Source: an uncultured bacterium (GTDB taxonomy: Bacteria; Oederibacteriota; PGYV01; CAWJRG01). From it: a stretch of 64,000 nt of DNA. Both the position numbers and the translations under genes were made by a program. The stretch covers positions 448,001-512,000 of the forward strand of contig CAWJRG010000005.1 in the NCBI GenBank assembly GCA_963845185.1. Direction: 5' to 3'. The notes under the pieces are model-generated. The model searched no databases and was not told the origin of the DNA. It was given only the letters and a program-made list of their open reading frames with translations. Shown in pieces: positions 31,183-40,747 of this stretch (its first letter is position 1; the number at the start of each line of letters is the position of its first letter).

Positions 31183-31818
31183 TTAATTTTTATATCTTTT
31201 TACAGCCTTATAAAAATTTTTGTAAATCTTCAGCGCGCTTTCGCCGCTTTTTTCCGGGTGAAACTGTACGCCGAATATGTTTTTATATTCCACTGCTGAG
31301 GTAAAAATAATATCCCCGTATTTTGTTTTTGTCAATGCCGCTTTTTTATCAAGCGGTATTGTGTAATATGAATGCACGAAGTAAAAATAAGTGCCGCTTT
31401 TTATGCCTGCAAGCAGCTTTGTTTTTTTATTTATTATGTCCGCGCTGTTCCATCCCATATGCGGCACCTTGAGTTTGTGCCTGAACCTTATTACCCTGCC
31501 TTTAATGAATCCGAATCCGCTGTTTACCCCGAATTCATAACTTTTTGAGAATAAAAGCTGCATCCCCAGGCACACGCCCAGTATTGGCTTGCCTGAATCA
31601 ACTTCCTTTTTTATCACGCCGAAAAGTTTCCTTTTCCTTATGCCGCGCATGCCGTCGCCGAAAGCGCCCACGCCGACCAAGATGATTCCCCCGCATTTTT
31701 TTATGTCTTTTGCTTTATCCGTAAGTACAGCTGGTATTTTCTCATGCTGCAGCGCTTTCAGCACGCTGTGCAGGTTGCCCATGCCGTAATCGACAACGGC
31801 TATTTTTGCCTTGGGCAT
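31183..31818 (-). CDS. hisH: IGP synthase glutamine amidotransferase subunit
   Basis: DYGMGNL, GVCLGMQ, PHMGWN, YFVHSY, QFHPEKS. Confidence 0.96.
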   Translation of the reverse strand: MPKAKIAVVDYGMGNLHSVLKALQHEKIPAVLTDKAKDIKKCGGIILVGVGAFGDGMRGIRKRKLFGVIKKEVDSGKPILGVCLGMQLLFSKSYEFGVNSGFGFIKGRVIRFRHKLKVPHMGWNSADIINKKTKLLAGIKSGTYFYFVHSYYTIPLDKKAALTKTKYGDIIFTSAVEYKNIFGVQFHPEKSGESALKIYKNFYKAVKRYKN

Positions 31819-32403
31819 TACAAACTTCCTTTGGTGCTTGGCATCCCTTTTCCGTGCACGCCGAGCGCGTCCCGCAGGGCAAGCGCAAAGCCTTTGAAAA
31901 CAGCTTCAATGCTGTGGTGGGTGTTGCTGCCTTTGATCCCGTCAATGTGCAGCGTCATTTTGGCTCCGCGTGAAAATCCCTGGAAAAATTCCTCCACGAG
32001 CTCGGTGTCAAAATTTCCTATGCGCTTTTTGGCAAGTTTAAGGTTGAAATTAAGATATGGCCTGCCTGAAAAGTCAAGTACCACCCTTGCAAGGGCTTCG
32101 TCCATGATGCCGTAGGCAAACCCGAATCTTTTTATGCCTTTTTTGTCGCCCATGGCGTCGCATATCGCGTCGCCAAGGGTTATTCCAATGTCCTCGGTTA
32201 TATGGTGTGCATCGATGTCGGCGTCGCCCATGGCTTTTATATTCATATCAATGAGGCTGTGTTTTGAATATCTGCTCCAGCATATGCGTTAAAAATGGCA
32301 CCTGGGTACTTATGCTGTACCTGCCCTGTCCGTCAATGCACATTTCTATGGCAATTGACGTTTCCTTTGTTTTCCTTTTTGCTGAAGATTTCCTTTTTTT
32401 CAT
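31818..32403 (-). CDS. hisB: Imidazoleglycerol-phosphate dehydratase, apparent +1 frameshift at 32266-32272
   Basis: N-part RKTKET...FLTHMLEQ and C-part [24 protein letters not shown] are in different frames; deleting one T restores LEQISKHSLID. Confidence 0.92.
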
Positions 32404-33452
32404 TTTACACCTCTTAAAAGCATTTTTAATACTGCCCTGTTTTCTTCGGGCCTGCCTACAGTGAGCCGCATCCATGCTTTTGCCGGCCCGAATTCGAATA
32501 TTCTAATTGAAAACCCGTTTTTTTGAAAGAACTTTTTGGATTTTTCAGCGCCGCCTTTGGTTTTGATGAAAAGAAAGTTCGCGTCGCTCCTTACAATCCC
32601 GTAATGATTTTTCAGCATATCGAACATTTTATCCCTTTCTTTTATTATGATAACAGCCTTGTTTTTTGTGTAATTGCCAAGCTTTAATATTTCCATGGCA
32701 ATCAGCTGGGAAAAAGAATTGACGTTATAAGGAAGCCTGACTTTGCTTACCGCGCCGATAATCTTTTTGTGGGCTATCATGTAGCCCAGGCGTATTGCGG
32801 CTGAATAAAGCTTTGAAAAAGTCCTGAAAATAATCAGGTTTTCATGTTTGTTCAGTTGCTCCAGGAATGTTCTCCCTGAAAAATCAAGGTATGCCTCGTC
32901 TACCACCACAAGGGAATTTGCTGATTTGATTATATTTGATATTTTGCCTGCTGTAAAGCAATTGCCGGTTGGGTTGTTCGGGTATGCTATGAATATCAGT
33001 TTAGCCTTTGTTTGTCTCGCCTGTTTGATTATTTTTGTATCGTCAAGGTCAAAGCTCTTGTCAAGCGGGACCTCTATCACCCTGTTGCCGTTTATTATGC
33101 CCGCTATTTTATACATCTCAAAAGTCGGCGTCGGTATTATTATTGATTCGCCCGGGCTGCAGAATGCCTGCAGCAGGTAATTTATGATTTCATCCGAGCC
33201 GTTTCCAAAAAGGATATTTTCAGGTTTTACCCTGTTTTTTTTTGCGATTGATTCCCTTAAAGCGCCGGCGCATGAATCAGGATACCTGTTAAATGCGATT
33301 TTCTGTATTTTGGCCAGTATTGGTTTTTTTAAAGACAAAGGCAGGTCATATGGGCTTTCATTTGCGTCCATTTTATATTTTGCGTTGAAAAGCCCGGGGT
33401 TGTAAGCGCGCAAGCTCCTTATATTTTTCCTGGCCATATTCTCAATTTTCAT
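32400..33452 (-). CDS. hisC: Histidinol-phosphate aminotransferase
   Basis: DANESP, GNGSDE, PNNPTG, DEAY, RTFSK, RLGY. Confidence 0.95.
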   Translation of the reverse strand: MKIENMARKNIRSLRAYNPGLFNAKYKMDANESPYDLPLSLKKPILAKIQKIAFNRYPDSCAGALRESIAKKNRVKPENILFGNGSDEIINYLLQAFCSPGESIIIPTPTFEMYKIAGIINGNRVIEVPLDKSFDLDDTKIIKQARQTKAKLIFIAYPNNPTGNCFTAGKISNIIKSANSLVVVDEAYLDFSGRTFLEQLNKHENLIIFRTFSKLYSAAIRLGYMIAHKKIIGAVSKVRLPYNVNSFSQLIAMEILKLGNYTKNKAVIIIKERDKMFDMLKNHYGIVRSDANFLFIKTKGGAEKSKKFFQKNGFSIRIFEFGPAKAWMRLTVGRPEENRAVLKMLLRGVK

Positions 33453-33481
33453 TATGTTCCTTATTATTGTTGTGATTTGTG

Positions 33482-33509
33482 GTAGAGACGTTTTGCAAAA
33501 CGTCTCTAC
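33482..33509. repeat. GTAG-type REP-like palindrome
   Basis: GTAGAGACGTTTTGCAAAACGTCTCTAC, perfect palindrome. Confidence 0.8.
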
Positions 33510-33547
33510 TTTATTTCAATTTATTTTGTATATTAAAATTCTGCCTG

Positions 33548-34798
33548 CTACCGCCTTATCCTTATGCTGTTCCTGTGGTACTCAAGCTTCTCAAACCCTG
33601 ACATTATCTCGATATCTTTTCCGAATGTTTTAATGGCTTTTGGTGTGCATTCCACTATATGTGTGTGCTTCATGAATTCAAGCACGGAAAGCGCAGAAAA
33701 AAACCTGGCCGTGCCGTTTGTTGGCAGTATATGGTTCGCACCGGCGATATAATCCCCGAATGCTACGGCCGAATAATTCCCGGCGAATATTGCGCCTGCG
33801 TTTTTGATTCCTGCTAATATTTTTTCCCTGTTTTTTGCTACCACAAGAAGGTGCTCCGGGGCTTTATAATTGGAGATTTTTACTGCATCCGCAATTTTTT
33901 TGACGGTAATTACGGTCACGTCAAAGCTCCTGTTTTTAAAAGCCTTTTTCATGCCCTTTTCCACGTCATCGGCAATTTTTAAGGAAGTTGTCAGGAGCAG
34001 GGCATGCCCGCTCGCGTGCTCCGCCTGCGCGAGAAGGTCGTAAATAATAAATCTTTCGTTTGCCGTCTCGTCCGCGATTATCGTTATCTCGGATGGTCCG
34101 CTTATGCTGTCAATGTCAACCATGCCGAACAAATACTTTTTTGCCATGGTGGAGTAGACATTTCCCGGCCCGACTATCTTGTCTACTTTCGGCACTGACT
34201 GTGTGCCGCAGGCAAAAGCCGCGATTGCCTGCGCCCCGCCCATTCTGTAAATATCATTAATGCCTATCATGTCTGCCGCCACAAGTATGTATGGGTTGAC
34301 TTCGCCCTCGTACCTCGGCGGCGAGGCAATCGCTATGTTTTTTACGCCTGCCACTTTGGCCGGAATTCCTGCCATAATGACCGTGGAAAATAAAGGCGCC
34401 TGACCGCCCGGTATGTAAATGCCTGCGGAATCCAGGGCAAGGTATTTCTGCCTGATTTTATAACCCGTGTTTTTATATACGTAATTTTTCAATGATTCCT
34501 TTTGTTTTAAGTGAAAATCCGTTATGTTTTTTATTGCTTTCTTTATTGAGGGCAAAACCCTTTGGTCGATTTTCAAATAAGCGGACCTGATAACTGATAA
34601 TGGTACCTTAAAGCCTTTAACCGCGGTTTTATCAAACATTATCGTGTACTTTAGCAGCGCTTTGTCTCCGTTTTTCTTCACATCCTCGATTATTGAAATA
34701 ATTTTCGGGGATATGGTCAGGTCCACGTTATTTATGTCGTCAATATGCTTGCAAATCTGTTTCTCTGTTTTTTTACTTAAAGTAAAACGCTTTATCAT
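33548..34798 (-). CDS. hisD: Histidinol dehydrogenase
   Basis: GIYIPGG, GGAQAIAA, GPGNVY, GPSE, QAEH, APEHL, GDYIAGANHILPT. Confidence 0.96.
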   Translation of the reverse strand: MIKRFTLSKKTEKQICKHIDDINNVDLTISPKIISIIEDVKKNGDKALLKYTIMFDKTAVKGFKVPLSVIRSAYLKIDQRVLPSIKKAIKNITDFHLKQKESLKNYVYKNTGYKIRQKYLALDSAGIYIPGGQAPLFSTVIMAGIPAKVAGVKNIAIASPPRYEGEVNPYILVAADMIGINDIYRMGGAQAIAAFACGTQSVPKVDKIVGPGNVYSTMAKKYLFGMVDIDSISGPSEITIIADETANERFIIYDLLAQAEHASGHALLLTTSLKIADDVEKGMKKAFKNRSFDVTVITVKKIADAVKISNYKAPEHLLVVAKNREKILAGIKNAGAIFAGNYSAVAFGDYIAGANHILPTNGTARFFSALSVLEFMKHTHIVECTPKAIKTFGKDIEIMSGFEKLEYHRNSIRIRR

Positions 34799-34872
34799 TG
34801 TATGCTCCTGTTTCTATACGTTTTTTTATCTAATATCATTCCCCGCCCGTTACAATTGGTGCCCGGTCCCAT

Positions 34873-37206
34873 TCACGCCTTTCTTTCCTGCGCGTATGTT
34901 TTCCTGTGCTCCGCGCTTACTAGGTTTGCCCTTCTTAACTCGCTTTTTACCATTTCCTCGGTTATTATAGCATTATATTTTTTTGACATTTCTTCGGCGT
35001 ATTTTGATACTGATTCTTCCGGCTTGTCCACCACCATTTTCATCAATTCCTTTTTCTGTTCGAAAGTAAGGAATATAATCTCTTCTTTTCCTTTTTCTTC
35101 TTTTTTCTCTTTAACCAGTTCCTTGAAGTTATCCATTCTTATGCCCAGCCTCTTTTCTATTTCTTCGGTAGGCACTCGTTTTTTCCTGAGTTTCTTTATT
35201 TCCCTCGCAATCCTGGCGAACATCACCTTGTCCGTGCTTTTTTCCTTTATTACCACTATGGTGATGTCGTCGCTCTGCGGGAATCCGCCTGTAAAATTCT
35301 TTATCTCCTTGTCGAGGTTGTCTATGAATTCTTTCGGGGTAAGATGCGCGTATTTTTTTATTATATCAATAAACTTCTGCTCGCCCCACTGTTCCCTTTT
35401 CATGTTCATTGCTTCAGTTATTCCGTCAGTATATATAAGCATCAGGTCACCCTTTTCAAGCTTTATTTTTTCCTCGCCCATTATCTTCCTGAAAAGGTCG
35501 TCATCAGGCAGGTTTATGCCGAGCGGAAAACCCTTGGGCTTTATATAATAAACCTTGTCCTCTTTTGCCCTGTACAATATCATGGGGTTATGCCCCGCGC
35601 TTGAAAAAATTATTTTTCTCGATACTGAATCCAGTATTGAGTAAAAGGCCGTTACAAACATGCCCTTTTTCATGTCTTCTTTTACGAAATTATTGACCTT
35701 GCAAAGCACGGCTTTTGAAGACCTGTTCCTGAAGGATACAAGCCTGACAGCCGTTCTTATTATAGTCATAACTAGCGAGCCGGGCACGCCTTTTCCAGAT
35801 ACATCGGCGACTATCACGCCTATCAAATGCGGCCCCACTTTATTTATGTCAAAATAGTCCCCGCCCACATCTTTCGCCGACCTGTATAATGACGCTATGT
35901 CAAAACCTTCGGTGTCCGGTATGTTTTTCGGCAGCAGGGTCTGCTGGATGTCCTTGGCTACCTGTATTTCCTTTTGCATCTTTTCCTGTTCTACCATTGC
36001 CTCCTGTGCGCCCTTGAACTTGACGGCCATGTCGTTAAAAGCGTTTGCAATCTGGGAAAATTCATCAGTGCCGTCTATTTCAATCCTGTGCGAAAGCCTG
36101 CCTTCTCCTATGGCAAGGACGCCTTCCCTCAGCGTCTCCAACGGCTTGATTATGAGGTTTAAAAGCATATAAATGCCAAGCGCCGTAAGGATAAGAACAA
36201 GCATGCCGAGGCTAACCCCGACAATATTTAATCTTTTTGATGCCATAACCTGCTCAAAATCAGCCGGTGTTAGTATCAGGTGCACATCGCCGAGTTTCTC
36301 GCTGTTAAAAATTATCGGCTGGGTTATGTCGTATTTGGAATTTAATTTTTTGCCGAATTTTACGACCCTGACTTTCTGCGGATATTCGTTTTGCACCAGC
36401 ACCTTGCCGCCGTCTTCCGTATATGAAAACGGCTTATATAAATACTTGCTTTCGTTATGCGCCATTATTAAGCCGCCGGCATCGGTAATAAAAATTTCGT
36501 GTATATTTCCGTTGTTGGTTTTTATCTCGTTTAAAAGTTTGATAAGGTTCAGGTAATTCCCTTTTATCATGATATTCTTGCTGCTCTCGGATATGCCTCT
36601 GACAAGGTCCATGCTGTAAGTTATGAATTTGTCCTTTACGCTTTCCCTTTCATGGAATATGAAATAAAAATAAATAGAGGACATGAGCGCCACGATAAAA
36701 ACCGTGGTGGAGAGTACGAACTTTTCCTTTACGCCCTTTATGGATAATACGCTGAAAACTTTTTCAATCACACGCGTTTTTGAGTGATTTTTTGTCAGGT
36801 GAAGCTCGTTGCCCTTCTCGGTAATGACATAATCGCTTTGATTTGTGAGTTTTCTTATTATCCAGAGCCCCAGGCCGCCTTTTTTCCCCACGCGCGCGTA
36901 TTCATTTAAATCCGGCGTTTTAAAATGCTTCCAGTCGAAGCTCTTGCCTTTGTCTATGATTGTCATGTCAAGCCCGCGTTCTTTTACGGCTACTATAAAT
37001 TCGATATCGCCCATTGTGTCTTTATACGCATGACGGATTATATTAGAGGTGGCCTCATCAATAACCACCAGTATCGAATTCAAATCCTTGTAGGCAAAAT
37101 CGTGCTTTTTGCATATATCTATGAATTCCTGCTTTATCGTTTCGACATTTTCCTTCAGGGCGGGGTATTTGAATTTATATTGCGCGATGGTCTTGTTGCT
37201 GAACAT
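34873..37206 (-). CDS. Fusion: RsbW-like anti-sigma kinase domain + membrane sensor + HAMP + SpoIIE/PP2C phosphatase
   Basis: DEATSNIIRHAY, DKG, GGLGLWII (HATPase_c_2); two TMs; DEFSQIANAFNDM (HAMP); VGGDYFD, ADVSGKG, AGHNP, YTDGITEA, DDIT (PP2C). Confidence 0.88.
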   Translation of the reverse strand: MFSNKTIAQYKFKYPALKENVETIKQEFIDICKKHDFAYKDLNSILVVIDEATSNIIRHAYKDTMGDIEFIVAVKERGLDMTIIDKGKSFDWKHFKTPDLNEYARVGKKGGLGLWIIRKLTNQSDYVITEKGNELHLTKNHSKTRVIEKVFSVLSIKGVKEKFVLSTTVFIVALMSSIYFYFIFHERESVKDKFITYSMDLVRGISESSKNIMIKGNYLNLIKLLNEIKTNNGNIHEIFITDAGGLIMAHNESKYLYKPFSYTEDGGKVLVQNEYPQKVRVVKFGKKLNSKYDITQPIIFNSEKLGDVHLILTPADFEQVMASKRLNIVGVSLGMLVLILTALGIYMLLNLIIKPLETLREGVLAIGEGRLSHRIEIDGTDEFSQIANAFNDMAVKFKGAQEAMVEQEKMQKEIQVAKDIQQTLLPKNIPDTEGFDIASLYRSAKDVGGDYFDINKVGPHLIGVIVADVSGKGVPGSLVMTIIRTAVRLVSFRNRSSKAVLCKVNNFVKEDMKKGMFVTAFYSILDSVSRKIIFSSAGHNPMILYRAKEDKVYYIKPKGFPLGINLPDDDLFRKIMGEEKIKLEKGDLMLIYTDGITEAMNMKREQWGEQKFIDIIKKYAHLTPKEFIDNLDKEIKNFTGGFPQSDDITIVVIKEKSTDKVMFARIAREIKKLRKKRVPTEEIEKRLGIRMDNFKELVKEKKEEKGKEEIIFLTFEQKKELMKMVVDKPEESVSKYAEEMSKKYNAIITEEMVKSELRRANLVSAEHRKTYAQERKA

Positions 37207-38636
37207 TATTTTGTATTCCCCCCGATGTTTTCCAGGCGCATGATAATGTCGTTCACTTCTTTTATGTTTTCCAGCGCAAGCTTGTTATAGGGGTCGATAG
37301 AGAGTATCTTTTCCCATTCTGCTTTCGCTCCTTTGTAATCCTCTTTCATGTATTTATCCACGCCTTGTCTGTAAAGCTGCAGGATTTGCTCGCTGTAAAC
37401 CTGCGCACCCTGCTTTTCAATGATATTTTTCAGCAGCGCGTAATAATATTTGATGTTTATGTAATTCGGGTCATCTTTGTAAACCGTTTCAAACTCCGCG
37501 TAGGAGAGTTTGTAATCATTCGCATAATACCCTTCCAGGCCTTTTGCATAGTGAAATGACTTAAAATACTCCCCTTTGACCGCATCATTCTCGTGCGCCA
37601 GCATGGATGCCTTCAGCTTCTCAAGTTCCTTTTTGGCGTTTTCGAGGTCTTTGGCAACAAGTTCTTTTGCTTTTTCCGCGATTTTCTTGTCTTCAATTTC
37701 CTGTTTATTATTGCGCATTGATGTCATGCTGTCGCCGAACCTGACTTTCAGCGATACCCTTTGCTCAGTATCAATCTCGCTCATAAACATCCCGTAATCA
37801 ACCGATACCGTGCCTAATATATCAAGGCCCGCGCCGATTGAAGTAATGCTGTATGAATCGTATCCAGCCCTAAGATAAAGCATCTTGAAAAATCTCAGCT
37901 CCACTCCCAGTTTATATTCAAAATCAACCGCGGTTGGCAGGGTGAAATCAGCGTATAACCCCATGCGTGCATCCGGATTTTTTAAAAAATCCCTAAAAAA
38001 ACTTAAGCCCAGGGTGCAATACCTCGCTATGCTGTCAAAATCATTTTCAAGTTTTATCTGAGGCTCGATTAAATTTTTCACTATCAATCCAGCGTTCATC
38101 TGGTTTTCTCCGGATTCATAATTATATAAAAGCCCGAAGTCAGCGGCAAACCCCGTGTCGTGCGCGCTGTCCAGTCCCTGGTAATCCAGTTTAAGGCTGA
38201 TGCCCCCTGTGAGGTTTTTGATGAAAAAACTGCTTCCCCATCCGCCTATTATTTCTATAAGGTCCTGTGATGTTATATTTGTTGGCGCGCCTGATGAGTC
38301 CCTTAATTGAATGTTGCTTGTGCCCAGCCTGGCAAAAGAAAGCCCGAACGCCCCGTAATCAAGCGTGGGTATCCCGGCTGCTGCGTACTGGTACACGCTG
38401 TCAGAAAGTAAATTTATAGATGCTGCCTGAACCTCAATCCTGTCAATGGTGTCAAGGCCGGCGGGGTTGAAATAAATGCTTCCGCTGTCGTTTATTCCCG
38501 ATACAAAAGCACCGCCGAGCGTCTGCGCCCTCACGCCTATTCCTATGTCAAGCGGCGAAGTGAGCCCCGCGACGGACGCGAAAGCAAAAGCCCCTGTAAG
38601 GAATATAAATCCCGCCGTGAACGCGTATTTTTTCAT
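37206..38636 (-). CDS. PorV/UPF0164-like outer-membrane beta-barrel with C-terminal TPRs
   Basis: GIGVRAQTLGGAF...D...IYFNPAGL motif, LRAGY, coiled linker and TPR tail. Confidence 0.72.
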   Translation of the reverse strand: MKKYAFTAGFIFLTGAFAFASVAGLTSPLDIGIGVRAQTLGGAFVSGINDSGSIYFNPAGLDTIDRIEVQAASINLLSDSVYQYAAAGIPTLDYGAFGLSFARLGTSNIQLRDSSGAPTNITSQDLIEIIGGWGSSFFIKNLTGGISLKLDYQGLDSAHDTGFAADFGLLYNYESGENQMNAGLIVKNLIEPQIKLENDFDSIARYCTLGLSFFRDFLKNPDARMGLYADFTLPTAVDFEYKLGVELRFFKMLYLRAGYDSYSITSIGAGLDILGTVSVDYGMFMSEIDTEQRVSLKVRFGDSMTSMRNNKQEIEDKKIAEKAKELVAKDLENAKKELEKLKASMLAHENDAVKGEYFKSFHYAKGLEGYYANDYKLSYAEFETVYKDDPNYINIKYYYALLKNIIEKQGAQVYSEQILQLYRQGVDKYMKEDYKGAKAEWEKILSIDPYNKLALENIKEVNDIIMRLENIGGNTK

Positions 38637-40747
38637 TTTTCGGTTTCCTCTAATTCAAGGTGTATTTTCTGCGCGTCAATATCGACCCTTGCGATAATAA
38701 CGTTTATTTCCTGCCCCATCCTGAAAGTCTTTTTGCTGCGCCTTCCTCTGGCGCTCATGGTCTGCGCGTCAAACATGTAGTAGTCGTCGTATATCTTATC
38801 AAATTCTATGAAACCTTCAACCGGATAATCTTTGAATTCCAGCCCGATGCCATTTTTTGCTATTTTTGTAATTATAGCCGGAAGCGACTCCCCGAGCTTG
38901 TTTTTCATAAAATCCATGGCATATATCCTGAATACGTTTGATTCTGTTTTCTCAACCTTTTCCTCGGTTTCTGTTATATGGACGGCAGTGTCCTTAAAGA
39001 ACTTTTTTGAAAAATTGGTCATGCTCGCCCTGCCTAAAAAGTGCTTGATCAGCCTGTGCACTATTACGTCGGCATATCTCCTTATGGGCGAGGTAAAATG
39101 CGTGTATTTCTCAAGGCCCAGCCCGAAATGCCCGGTGTTTTCCTCGGAATAAGTCGCAAGCTTCATTGCCTTAAGCAGGTTTTTCTCTATCAAAAACCTC
39201 TGCCCGTAATTTTCAAGCATTGAAAGCACCCGCTGGAACTCGTTATTTGTCCCGTCCTGCAGCCTGAACTTCAGCCCCATGCCTTTCATCAGCATATTGA
39301 ACTCATCTACATCTTTTTGCGCAGGCGACGGATGGATCCGGAACATGCCGTAATTGATGTGTTTTAAAATATAGTCGGCAGCGCAGATATTTGCATAAAT
39401 CATGAAATATTCTATGATTTTATTCGACTTTTTTGCTTCCTTTCTTATTATGTCCGTAACATCCCCGTTTTCGTCAAAAACCAGTTTCGGCTCGCCCAGG
39501 GTAAAATCAATCATGCCTTTGCTTTTTAAGCTGGCTGCCAGTATTCCGCGCAAATCGTCCATTAGCATAAGCATGTTTTTAAGGCCCTTTTCTTTTGCCG
39601 TTACACTGCCGTCTATTATGTCCTGCACTTGCTCGTACGTAAGACGCTTCTTGTTGTTTATGACAGTTTCTTCTATTTTATACGATAAAATTTCCCCTTT
39701 ATTGTCTATTTCCATGAAAATCGAAAACGCCAGCCTGTCAAGGCCTTCGCGGAGCGAGCACAGGTCGTTTGACAGCGCCTCGGGCAGCATTGGTATGACC
39801 TCAACCGGAAGGTAAATGCTTGAGCTTCTTTTTCTCGCCTCAATGTCCAGCGCCGAATTCTCGCGGACATAGCGCGTGACATCCGCTATGTGCACCTCGA
39901 GAAAGTATTTTCCGTCTTTTTTCCTTAAGGACACAGCGTCGTCAAAATCTTTCGCGTCCACCGGGTCCACTGTTATTATAATATTTTTCCTCAGGTCCCT
40001 CCTGTTTTGAAAGTCCGACTCCTGCAGGGACAGCCTCGAAGCCTCGTTCTCCACTTCCCTCGGAAACTGCGTGCTGAATTCATACTTGCTCAGGAAAAGG
40101 TGCTTGTAAGCGCTTATCGGGTCGTTGCTTCCTATGTGCGATATTACATCGCCGTATATCATGCCGTTTCTTTCCACAATCCTGGAAACAAGTATCGTAT
40201 TTCCTTCCTTTATGTCGGAATCAGCTTCGTTAAGCCTGATGAAAGGCATTGGTTTGTTCACAGGCACGGCCTCGTACCTGCCCTTAAAGATCCTTGCCTT
40301 GCACAGCACGGGCATGCTTGTCCTTTTTATCACGCGTATTAAAGTCCCTTCTTTTTTCCCTTCCCTTCCTTCCCTGACGACCACTTCCACCTCGTCGCCC
40401 TGCAGCAGGTTTTTTATGGAATCCCTGCCGATAAAAATATCTTTGCCGTCGGGCATTATGACAAACCCGAAATCTTTTTTCAGCTCGACTTTTCCCGTGG
40501 CTGTCCTGCGCCCCGCTCCTGGCTGGCTGCCATGCTCCTCATGCACCCCGGCTTGAGTTAAAACCGCATATTTGTTTTTGTATTTTTCAATTTTGTTTTC
40601 CGTGATTAACTGGTTTAATATCTTTTTAATCTGCGATTTCCGCACGCCGAAACTTTTCAGCCTGTGTATTATGTACTTTATCCCGGCAGGCCTGCCTTCG
40701 TTTTTCAGCAGGTCGTAAAGCATTTCCTTGTCTATAATTTTACTCAT
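38633..40747 (-). CDS. rnr: Ribonuclease R (RNB family)
   Basis: DPVDAKDFDDA, VHIADV, PMLPEALSN, GHFGL, YTHFTSPIRRYAD, S1 tail. Confidence 0.93.
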   Translation of the reverse strand: MSKIIDKEMLYDLLKNEGRPAGIKYIIHRLKSFGVRKSQIKKILNQLITENKIEKYKNKYAVLTQAGVHEEHGSQPGAGRRTATGKVELKKDFGFVIMPDGKDIFIGRDSIKNLLQGDEVEVVVREGREGKKEGTLIRVIKRTSMPVLCKARIFKGRYEAVPVNKPMPFIRLNEADSDIKEGNTILVSRIVERNGMIYGDVISHIGSNDPISAYKHLFLSKYEFSTQFPREVENEASRLSLQESDFQNRRDLRKNIIITVDPVDAKDFDDAVSLRKKDGKYFLEVHIADVTRYVRENSALDIEARKRSSSIYLPVEVIPMLPEALSNDLCSLREGLDRLAFSIFMEIDNKGEILSYKIEETVINNKKRLTYEQVQDIIDGSVTAKEKGLKNMLMLMDDLRGILAASLKSKGMIDFTLGEPKLVFDENGDVTDIIRKEAKKSNKIIEYFMIYANICAADYILKHINYGMFRIHPSPAQKDVDEFNMLMKGMGLKFRLQDGTNNEFQRVLSMLENYGQRFLIEKNLLKAMKLATYSEENTGHFGLGLEKYTHFTSPIRRYADVIVHRLIKHFLGRASMTNFSKKFFKDTAVHITETEEKVEKTESNVFRIYAMDFMKNKLGESLPAIITKIAKNGIGLEFKDYPVEGFIEFDKIYDDYYMFDAQTMSARGRRSKKTFRMGQEINVIIARVDIDAQKIHLELEETEK

